A model generated the notes under the pieces. That model did not search any database. It was not told where the DNA came from and was given only the letters and a program-made list of their open reading frames with translations. This document shows, one piece after another, positions 1 to 9,473 of a DNA stretch of 64,000 nt. A program made the position numbers and the translations under genes. The stretch's first letter is position 1; the number at the start of each line of letters is the position of its first letter. This DNA is from Antedon mediterranea (Eukaryota > Animalia > Echinodermata). The stretch is taken from contig NC_092671.1 of the NCBI RefSeq assembly GCF_964355755.1, positions 34,916,304 through 34,980,303 on the forward strand, in the 5' to 3' direction.

Positions 1-1381
1 ACCATAAATAGGATACAATAGGCTAGCCTTTATTAGATTCTTGGCTCTTTAAAATAGATTCGAGTTTTTTTTAACTAACGATTCAAACAATAGCTGGTCT
101 ACGCTTTCAGGTCCAGCAGGCTTGGTTATTTGCACGAGTAGATCGTGACATGGCTTGTCCTGATTGAGCTAGAAAAACTTGGTATGTTAAGTAATGCTTT
201 TCATGATCTTGTTGTATAAGCGTCTTACTCCAACCGAATCAAAGTTTGTTTAAGAAATGACTATTGATAATGTTTTAAGTCTATTTCATGCCTAGCTTAC
301 CTGGACAAACCAACAATAACCCGTGCTCTCCAGAGGGAGGGCTTAGATACGAAAAGTTAAAGGTTCCTGGAATACTCCTGTACCATAATGGAGATAAGTA
401 TGGAATTCCAAGCATTCAAATCCTCCCCTCTCCACCTTAAGGAGACAAATATTAAAGGATATCAACCCAAACCATTGGTCGAGGGTACATATAAACTTTA
501 CATTTTTTTGTAATGTATTCCTAGTTACGAATAGTAGTAAACTTATTATAAATATCATGCCCATCACAGGGAATTTCATAAAATATAACTCATCCACTTT
601 AAAAAAAATAGCAACCCCAAACAGACCCTACAACATTTACCTATTCTGGATATTCCATTAACCACCAACACTAATATGTACCAACCTTGCTTTAAAATGA
701 TTCTGTCAGTGCCATTCAGATGTATTGTATATTTTCCTTGATGTTTATAACTATAGGAATTTGCGGTGAATTCCAATATAGGTCTACTCTCACATAATCC
801 CAATTTGATCCAACAACTTATCTACAGTATTATATAAAAGCAGTAGCAAAATATACAGTGTAGGCCTACTAATAATAGCATTGTGTAGGTTATTCTATAA
901 ACTAGGTTTAATTCTGATTACATTTCGTTTAAACAGTAATCTATGCCGGTTACTTACAATGTACTTGAATATTTGAATAATCTCTCAAGTGGATTTCAGT
1001 TGAACTTTGAATGTACATAGAGGGACAATAAATACAAAAATTAGCTCATTCACTTTAGTTTCCCATTGATTTTATTATCATACTGATAGTGGTATAAGCC
1101 CACTCAAATTTGGTGAAGTTTACCGAGTGACCCATCAAGTGACCAAAATGTGGGTCTACATTAAATACAAGGCTTCAAAGCAAAATAACTTTGATGAGTT
1201 TTGTTACTGAAGCTTGCAATGCAATAAGTAATAGGCATATAAGAATGAAGTAATGATGAATTTATTTATTCTTTCAGTTTTATTCGGTTCACTCAAAAAT
1301 ACAAAGACAAACATAACATAGAAAAGATAACAATATTAATAGAACGAACCGAAGAATAACCCAAGAAAGTTTAAAAGAAAA

Positions 1382-1449
1382 CAGTGATGCTTTGTTCTGT
1401 GGCTATATGTTACATGAAGTGAATTTTCTAAGATCCATCTCAGCATACA
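1382..1449 (-). pseudogene. Short relic of the ITIM-coding tail segment
   Basis: Reverse strand reads TAT GCT GAG ATG GAT CTT AGA AAA TTC ACT TCA (YAEMDLRKFTS), matching R2 YAELDLRKFTS, then decays. Confidence 0.65.
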
Positions 1450-2147
1450 GTTAAAGGTCAGTGCGGGCAAACAATTTCTATTGATTATACATTCAAATAA
1501 TTATCGATCTATAGTTTCCTCTATGTTTCATAATTTATTTGTGTTACACGAGCCTGTTGGAAATAAGCACCTTCTTATCAGTGGAGGCGGGGTGGGGGGG
1601 GGGGAGAGTTCAAATTACTCAGTAAAATTTCTATTCTTTTGTACACAAATGTTGTGAATAGAATTAATATTTAAAAAACTATGAAAAATAAACAGTGTGG
1701 TAAAAAATGTTGTCAGATGACTAAGGTAATAACTGGAATTTTACGTTTCTAGTATTTTTATTCAACTTCAGAGTTTTATTTTCATGCTATAGCAAAAATT
1801 ATCCACTGTATATCCACCATATTTATTCACCTTCTAGGGAGTCATCGGACATGTTATTACATTGGGTTAAACTACCTAACTACTGAAAAAAAGTCTTCTA
1901 TTATTCTAGCAGAATTTTTCCAAATTTTGTATTTGACCCTTTTTAAGGGAAATTGATGTTTTTTCGTCTTGATTTCTATTAAAAATATTTGATTTATGTA
2001 CAATTAACCAGATATTATATTTAAAATTCATGCCAGTACCTAAGCTTTAAGGCCCCAATTTTATTTTATCAAAGTTTGAATAGTATTGTTCTATAGAGGG
2101 CTCACTTCATATATCCCCATTTCTAAACGTTTTGTCAGTTCTGTTGT

Positions 2148-3689
2148 TTAGGTTTGTAATGTAGCATAAGTTATGCTTTGATCTTTGTCTATTATGTCAC
2201 ATGAGGTGGAAGTTCTAAGGTCCAGCTCAGCATAGTTAAGGCCCTCTGCATTTAGCATGTCTTCGATATCTTGTGTAAAAGGTCTGTTCTCATATAGAAC
2301 TTCATCATTGACCTGTGTATTAATATCACAATTATTGACATCTATTTGATTGGGTATGGATGAATAATAAACATCATCACAGGTGTCTCCACCTTCATCT
2401 ACGTTAGTTGTCACTATAGTCCTTTGAACAACCTCATACAATTGTGTGTTATTGAAGAGTGTTTCTGAGGTTACAGATTTATTGCTGAATATGGTTCTGT
2501 GTAATTTTTGTCGATTAAGAAACACAACTATCAACAATATCACAGATATAGCAATGACGGCCACTCCTAGAATAACTCCGACTATTGGTCCAGATTTGCT
2601 ATTATCAAGTTCAGTTATAGGCCCATTCATACTACTATTTATGTCCTGATCATTGTTAAGAAGTGTTGTTGGAAGAGTGTATATCTGTTGCCTTATGGTC
2701 AAAGTAGCTGATGAATTCCAAATCATTCCATCTTCTCTTACAAAACATGTGATAATAAATAGTTGATTTACAAGCAAAGTATTATTAAGTTGAAGATCAG
2801 TGATGTTCAAAATTGATATCATGGAAGTAAACATGTTTCCAGGAATGTATGGTGAGACCTGCCATTCATACGTAAGATTAGTTGTCTTAAGGTTTCTTGC
2901 AGAACACTGAAAATGAACATTAGTTGACTCTTGCACTGATAGTAATTTAGGTTTAATTTCCACATCAGGTGATAATACATTAAGTCTGATTGTACAGTTT
3001 CTTGTCTCTTCCAAAGCTTCACTGTCAAGATAGCATGTTAATTCAGTGTCATTTCTTTCAATTATAATTTCATTAGATTTTACCCATTTGTAATCGATGA
3101 CATCACTGACTATACTCTCAGCAACATTGACACCAGATATTGTGATGGTAAGATTTGGAGATGTACTTCCATGATCTTCTGAAATACAGTGAAGTCTGAT
3201 TGACTCACCAGTATATAATGGTGTATCAGAAATAATCCACTTAGCATTGTTTTTTAAAAAACAATAAGGAGAGGTTTCAGATGGTGGCTTGTGGACTGTT
3301 AGTTTAGCAGTAGCAGGGTTTGGCTGGAAAGCGAATGCATAATTTTCACTTCTATAACCAAATCGGCACTCGTATAATCCAGCATCAGAAAGCTGTACGT
3401 TTGAAAGTGTTAAATGGTAAGATAAACTGTTAAAAGATACAAAGTATTTGCTTGGAGATACTGATGAATACAACTGGTAAGCTCTGGTAAGATACCGAGT
3501 TTCGTTTTTCCAAAACAAAGTATAAACATTTGTATCATAAGTTGCTTTACAGTTAAAGACAACATCTGAGCCAATTCTTACTTGAGTGTCTTCTGGACCA
3601 GAAACTAAACTCTGGCTGTTAACATTAGAAATAATTGTAGAAATAATATAAGAATATACAACTATTTCAAATAGTCTGACAAACCTCAT
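2148..3689 (-). CDS. IgSF type I membrane receptor, inhibitory-type (3 Ig-like domains, ITIM tail); receptor R1
   Basis: 513-aa single ORF. Signal peptide; V/I-set domain (VVFNC...LFW...LTLSNVQLSDAGLYEC); two further Cys-paired Ig-like domains; uncharged TM IVGVILGVAVIAISVILLIVVFL; tail with VYYSSI, VLYEN, LNYAEL, ITYATL. Confidence 0.9.
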   Translation of the reverse strand: MRFVRLFEIVVYSYIISTIISNVNSQSLVSGPEDTQVRIGSDVVFNCKATYDTNVYTLFWKNETRYLTRAYQLYSSVSPSKYFVSFNSLSYHLTLSNVQLSDAGLYECRFGYRSENYAFAFQPNPATAKLTVHKPPSETSPYCFLKNNAKWIISDTPLYTGESIRLHCISEDHGSTSPNLTITISGVNVAESIVSDVIDYKWVKSNEIIIERNDTELTCYLDSEALEETRNCTIRLNVLSPDVEIKPKLLSVQESTNVHFQCSARNLKTTNLTYEWQVSPYIPGNMFTSMISILNITDLQLNNTLLVNQLFIITCFVREDGMIWNSSATLTIRQQIYTLPTTLLNNDQDINSSMNGPITELDNSKSGPIVGVILGVAVIAISVILLIVVFLNRQKLHRTIFSNKSVTSETLFNNTQLYEVVQRTIVTTNVDEGGDTCDDVYYSSIPNQIDVNNCDINTQVNDEVLYENRPFTQDIEDMLNAEGLNYAELDLRTSTSCDIIDKDQSITYATLQT

Positions 3690-4983
3690 TTTTGATGATA
3701 GATCAATGATTGTGTTTCAGTTTCTATTCAACTTCACTGTGTGCTATGTTGTTTAGTATTTAAACTTGAATTATTTCCTGCCTCGAACAAAATGGAGGGA
3801 GGAGGATTTCCTACACCGTACTATTCAGGATGTGTATGGCCACTTGATACTATCTTTGGTATTGAGTATTATAGGCTGATTATAGAGCATGGAGGTGTAA
3901 CATTTGAGTATAGTAGTACATGTATAGTGTAAAACAAAAGTACCATTTAAATTATTGGGAAATACTGCATATCTGCTCTTTCATACACATTGTATGCTGC
4001 AAATTTTTCCAAATTTAAACAAACGGCCAAAATTGGTTCAAAATCAGACTCGCATTTGAAGGCTTTTAGATAAACAGGCTTCATATATTTAGAATAACTC
4101 TGCAATGAAACCATTCTCAGATAATATAGTACAATGCTTTATCATTTTATTGTAACTGATTAATTTATAGTGTACAGAAAAAGTTTAAAGCTGCCAGATG
4201 AGTAATGTAAAATATTATACTAAAAATTATATGATAATATAACAACAATAAGCACTGTAAAAGAATGAACCAAATTCTACAAAAGGAAATATTATATAAT
4301 AAATTGCATTTCAATGCTTTAGTAAAAAATATTTTATAATTTATGTACTTATATTTAATCTATTATTTTTAGTCAAGGTCTGAATGAGTACTGAACCCAG
4401 CCTTGTATGCAGTGGTCAGTCAATTCAGATAATATAGCTTGCATATTAATTTTAGATATAATTGTTTATAGATGATGCTATTTATTATTGTATAATTTAA
4501 ATTAAGATGTTAATTTAAAGATATTCTAAGAAGCAGTGATCAAGCCAGCCTGTAAGCAAAGTTTCTGGTATATTTTGTTATATCATACTTGATTTATTAG
4601 AAGCATTTCTTAGGACATAGTAGGCCTATATGGACCTAAATTATATTTTAGGATCTTACTTTGTATGACAAAGGATTTTGTATTATTTTTTTTTTCAATT
4701 TTAAATTGAAAGAGTGGAATAATGTAAAATGTTCACATTATTTTTAGTTATTATTAGTTGATTTATTTGAATTTTTTGCAGAAAATCATCCTCTTTGAAA
4801 GGCCTAAATAGTAGAATATTAAATGAAAAAAGTTGCCGGTATTTTAAGTATTGTATTTAAAAAAGAAAACACAGAAAAAGTTTTCATAGTATTGTTCTAT
4901 AGAGGGCTCACTTCAGGTCACCATTTCTAAACCTGAAATTAAGTTTTGTCCCAAAACATGCGTCGTTTTGTCAGTTCTGTTGT

Positions 4984-6498
4984 TTAGTTGTTCAATGTAG
5001 CATAAGTGACGCTTTGCTCTGTGTCTATTATTTCACCTGAAGTGAATTTTCTAAGATCCAACTCAGCATAGTTTAGTCCCTCTGCATTTAGCATGACCTC
5101 AGCATCTCGTGTAAAATTTTTGTTCTCATATAGAGCTTCATCATTGCCATGTGTATTGCTAAGAATATCACAATTGTTGACATCATTTTGATTCGGCACT
5201 GATACATTATCACATGGGTCTTCACCTTCATCTACGTTTGTTGTCATTCTATTTCTCTTTTTAACAACAACTGCATACAACTGTGTTTCATTAACCTGAC
5301 GTATTTCCGATTTGTTAGATTTATTGCTAAATAAGATAATGCATACTTTTTTGCGATTAAGAACAACTATCAACAATATCACGACAGCTATAGCAACAGT
5401 GACTGTTCCTATAATCACTGCAACTATATATGATTCCGAATCGCTGTTTTCAAGTTTAGTTGTAGGCCCATCACTACTATTAAAGTCCTGATCATTGTAA
5501 ATAAATGTCGTTGGTAGAATATCGATCTCTCGTGTTATGGTCAAAGTAGTAGATGAATTCCAAACCATTCCATTTTCTCTTACAAAACATGTAATGATAA
5601 ATAATTGATTTTCAAGTAAAGTATTATTAAGCTTAAGGTCTATGATGTTAAAAATTGATGTCCTGGAAGTAAAGATGTCTCCAGGAACATATGGTGAGAC
5701 CCGCCATTCATACTGGAGATTAGTTGTCTTAAAGTTTCTTGCAAAACACTGGAAATGAACATCATCCGCTTTTTGCACTAATAGTAATCTAGGTTTAATT
5801 TCCACATCAGGTAATAATACATTAAGTCTGATTGTACATGTTTTGATCTCTTCCAAAGCTTCACTATCAAGATAGCATGTTAATTCAGTGTCATTCCTTT
5901 CAATTATAATGTTATCAGATCTTACCTCTTTGTAGTCAATTATATCACTTACAATATTCTCAGCAACACTGACGTCAGATACCATGATTTTAAGATTTGG
6001 TGATGTACTTCTATGGTCTCTTGAATTACAATGAAATGTTATTGACTCCCCAATGTATAACTTTGTTTTTTCTGAAATCCAATTATAATTTCTCTTTAAC
6101 CAACACTTAGGAGAGGTTTCAGATGGTTGCTGATATACTGTTAGTGTGGCAGTAGCAGGTTTTGGATAGAAAGAGTATACATTGTCATTATAAAAATACC
6201 CGCATTCATAGAGTCCAGCATCAGAAAGTTGTACGTTTGAAATCGTTAAACGGTAAAATGAATTGTCAAACGAAACTGAGTATTTGCTTGGAGTATACAC
6301 CGTGTTGCCCCATGTAAGTAACCGAGTTCTGTAATACCAAAGCAATGTATATCCAGTTGCTTTACAACTGAAGACAACATCTGAGCCAATTCTTACTTGA
6401 GCGTCGTCTGGACCAGAAATTAAAGACAGGCTGTTGACAGTAGAAATTAAAATAATTATAATGTAAGCATATACTCTAAATAGTCTGACAAACTTCAT
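4984..6498 (-). CDS. IgSF receptor, inhibitory-type; R2
   Basis: 504-aa paralog of R1. DAGLYEC motif, TM IVAVIIGTVTVAIAVVILLIVVL, tail with LYAVV, LYEN, LNYAEL, VTYATL. Confidence 0.9.
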   Translation of the reverse strand: MKFVRLFRVYAYIIIILISTVNSLSLISGPDDAQVRIGSDVVFSCKATGYTLLWYYRTRLLTWGNTVYTPSKYSVSFDNSFYRLTISNVQLSDAGLYECGYFYNDNVYSFYPKPATATLTVYQQPSETSPKCWLKRNYNWISEKTKLYIGESITFHCNSRDHRSTSPNLKIMVSDVSVAENIVSDIIDYKEVRSDNIIIERNDTELTCYLDSEALEEIKTCTIRLNVLLPDVEIKPRLLLVQKADDVHFQCFARNFKTTNLQYEWRVSPYVPGDIFTSRTSIFNIIDLKLNNTLLENQLFIITCFVRENGMVWNSSTTLTITREIDILPTTFIYNDQDFNSSDGPTTKLENSDSESYIVAVIIGTVTVAIAVVILLIVVLNRKKVCIILFSNKSNKSEIRQVNETQLYAVVVKKRNRMTTNVDEGEDPCDNVSVPNQNDVNNCDILSNTHGNDEALYENKNFTRDAEVMLNAEGLNYAELDLRKFTSGEIIDTEQSVTYATLNN

Positions 6499-6526
6499 TG
6501 TAGGTTTAGCACGAATAAATGGTTGC

Positions 6527-6713
6527 GTTTCAGTTTCTACTCAGCTTTACACTGAGCTATGTGTTTTATAATTTAAAATAAATTATTTCCTGATATACAA
6601 CGCTTAGCAGCCAAAATGGAGGAAAGGGGAATTTCCTAAAACATACAATTCATGACAAACATCGTTCTTTCAGGATGGGTATGACTACTCGATACGATCT
6701 CTGGTATCGAGTA
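6527..6713 (-). promoter_or_regulatory. Candidate immune-inducible upstream module of R2 (ISRE/IRF, ETS, NF-kB, 10-bp inverted repeat)
   Basis: GTTTCAGTTTC 6527-6537; ATTTCCTG 6585-6592; GGGGAATTTCC 6626-6636; TACTCGATAC-N8-GTATCGAGTA 6686-6713. Confidence 0.5.
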
Positions 6714-8138
6714 TTTTAGGTTGATTATGAAATAAACAAAGTATCAGTTAAACAATAAGGAAATACAATGCCCTTCTTCCATACAATGTGTTTGTTATGC
6801 TGCATTTAATAAATCAAAATAGTTATTGTATATCAAATGTAAGGTGTGTCAGTATTCAATTGGACATAAACCACTTGCATTATTATTATAAGACTTTTCG
6901 ATGGTTATTATACTTATATTTGAAAAAACTGTGCAACAAAATAATTTTCAGATGTAATATAACACAATGCTTTTAATACCTTTTAATTGCAACTGATTAA
7001 TTTATGTTTACAGCAAAATTCTATAATATACATTAATTATTATTATAAAATATCTGTAAAATAAAAATCAATGATAATATAATCAATTAAAAGAATCTAG
7101 AGAAGAAAATATGGTATAAATTATCTTTCATATTTCCCATGTTTTTGACCTTTTTTAATTATCTGTTAATAACAGTAACTGACAGAGAGGCAATAAATAT
7201 CCAGTATTATGCAATTCTTGGTAAATTCTGGAAAACATAATTATAGTTTGTATATTAATACGCCATACGATTACATGACCTATACTTTTCTTATAGTCTA
7301 TATACTTCCTATTTACAATTAATCATAACATGATTTTTTTCAATTTTCTAAATTAGACCATTGTGGTAAATCAAAGCACATATTTCCTGTATTTTTTATT
7401 TTTTTTTTTTTTAAATTAATTAATTTTTTACATACAATTCAAGAAACATTTTCGATAGGCTCAGAAAGACTAGGTTTTATAAATACAACGGCTTCACAGT
7501 ATTCAATATTCACCAATTATTATACTGTTGTAACTGATTAGTTTACTGTGTACAGCAAAAGACTAAAAATAAAAGCTGATTAATAATATAAAATATTGAG
7601 GTACATCTGATTAGTTTAATATAAAAACGATTAGCTACGGAAGTATAAACACAAAGAAGTTACATTTCATACTACTAATATTTTGTAAATATTTACAATC
7701 TATCTTATTCAATCATTAATTTATTGAATTTAATTATAAAAAAAACTAAACGTGTGGCAAAACCCAGCCTTGGCACAGCAACTTTATGAGACATTCTGAT
7801 AATTAGTAAAATTCAGATAATGGTAGCTTGTTTATTAATCTTAGATATGATATATGTTTGTATAGGTAACACTATTTAGGCTACTATTGATCACCTAAAT
7901 TATGCTGGGTTATTTTACTTATACTTTTTTATCATCATCTCTGGTTTTTTGTCGCGTGCAAACGCGACTCTACAGCTCACTATGTCGGTCGGTCGGTCGG
8001 TCAGTAAACACTAACTCAAATTTGCAGCCATGTGACGGTGACCATCACGTGAAATATCTTGTTCAGCAAAGTTTTTTTTCAGATCCAATGTTTAGCCATC
8101 GTGTGTGATACCTTGTAAACAGGTTCTCAGTTCTCATA

Positions 8139-9473
8139 TTAAACTTCATCATCTTCATTGGATACAGATAAATAATAAATAGCATTATCACAAGAAACTC
8201 CACTTTTGTGTACATTAGTTGTCATTCTTATTCTCTTATTAACGAACGAGTCTAATTTATTGTCATTATCCTGGGTTTCTGATTTTATAAATTTATTGCT
8301 GAACAGGATTCGGCGTAATGTTTGCCGATTAATAATAACTATTAACAATATTGCAGTTATAGCAATGACGGCCCTTCCTATAACCACTCCCACTATTACT
8401 AGTTCAGATTTGTTGCTATCAAGTTTAGATAGTCCATCAATATTACTATTAGAGTCCTGATTATCGTCAAGAACTATCGGTGGTAGATTAATATGGATCT
8501 CTCGTGTTATGTTTAAAGTAGTGGATGAATTCCAAACCATTCCATCTTTTCTTACAAAACATGTAATGGTATATAGTTGACTATCGACTAAAGTATTACT
8601 AAGCTTAAGATCTATGATGTCAAAGCTTGACGTTGTGGAATTAACAATGTCTCCAGAAATATATGGTGAGACCTGCCATTCATACTGGAGATTGTTTGTC
8701 TTAAAGTTTTTTGCAGAACAATGGAAATGAACAGCATCTGTCTCTTGCACTGATAGTAATTTAGGTTTGATTTCCACATCAGGTGACAATACATTAAGTT
8801 TGATTGTACAATTTCTTGTCTCATCCAAAGCTTCACTGTCAAGATAGCATGTCAATTCGGTATCTTTCCTTTCAATAATAATTGTATCAGATTTTACCCA
8901 TTTGAAATCAATGACATCACTTACAATATTATCAGAAACAATGACATCAGATACCGTGATGGTAAGATTTGGAGATGTATTTTTATGATCTACTGAGTCG
9001 CAATGAAATATGATTGACTCACCAATGTATAATGGTGTCTCGTAATAAATCCAATTAGCATTGCTTTTTAAAAAACACTGAGGAGAAGTTTGAGATGGTG
9101 GCTGGAGGAACGTTAGTTTAGCAGTCGCAGGATTTGGCTGGAAAGGTAGTGCATTTTTCCTATTATAACCAAACCGACACTCGTATAATCCAGCATCAGA
9201 AAACTGTACGTTTGAAATCGTTAAACGGTAAAATGAACTGTCAAAAGAAACAGAGTATTTGCTTCGAGACGTAGATCGAAACAACCGGTCACCCCTGGTA
9301 AGATACCGAGTTTCGTTTTTCCAATACAACGTGTAATTCATATAAGTCGCTTTACAGTTGAAGACAACGTCTGAGCCGATTCTTACTTGAGCATCTTTAG
9401 GGCCAGAAATTAAATTAAAAATAATTATTATGTAAGCATGTAGACAAATTTCAAATTGTCGGACAAACTTCAT
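8139..9473 (-). CDS. IgSF receptor, activating-type candidate (TM Arg, truncated tail); R3
   Basis: 444-aa paralog. TM VIVGVVIGRAVIAITAILLIVII (AGG codon 8373-8375); ends ...DDEV* before the YEN/LNYAEL region; signal peptide shortened by an in-frame deletion. Confidence 0.82.
   Translation of the reverse strand: MKFVRQFEICLHAYIIIIFNLISGPKDAQVRIGSDVVFNCKATYMNYTLYWKNETRYLTRGDRLFRSTSRSKYSVSFDSSFYRLTISNVQFSDAGLYECRFGYNRKNALPFQPNPATAKLTFLQPPSQTSPQCFLKSNANWIYYETPLYIGESIIFHCDSVDHKNTSPNLTITVSDVIVSDNIVSDVIDFKWVKSDTIIIERKDTELTCYLDSEALDETRNCTIKLNVLSPDVEIKPKLLSVQETDAVHFHCSAKNFKTNNLQYEWQVSPYISGDIVNSTTSSFDIIDLKLSNTLVDSQLYTITCFVRKDGMVWNSSTTLNITREIHINLPPIVLDDNQDSNSNIDGLSKLDSNKSELVIVGVVIGRAVIAITAILLIVIINRQTLRRILFSNKFIKSETQDNDNKLDSFVNKRIRMTTNVHKSGVSCDNAIYYLSVSNEDDEV

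Noticed and set aside
2446-3028. Short ORFs overlapping the receptor genes (also 8206, 8612, 26294, 26640, 49669)
   Set aside because: Antisense or alternative-frame shadows; they recur only because the host genes are paralogous.
2148-3689. Assigning a gene symbol (Siglec, SIRP, nephrin, Alr, etc.)
   Set aside because: Only the architecture and generic motifs are similar; orthology cannot be supported from the sequence alone.
2148-9473. Rearranging antigen-receptor (V(D)J) segments
   Set aside because: Each gene is a complete ORF; I saw no separate J/C segments or heptamer-nonamer signals flanking the V-like domain.
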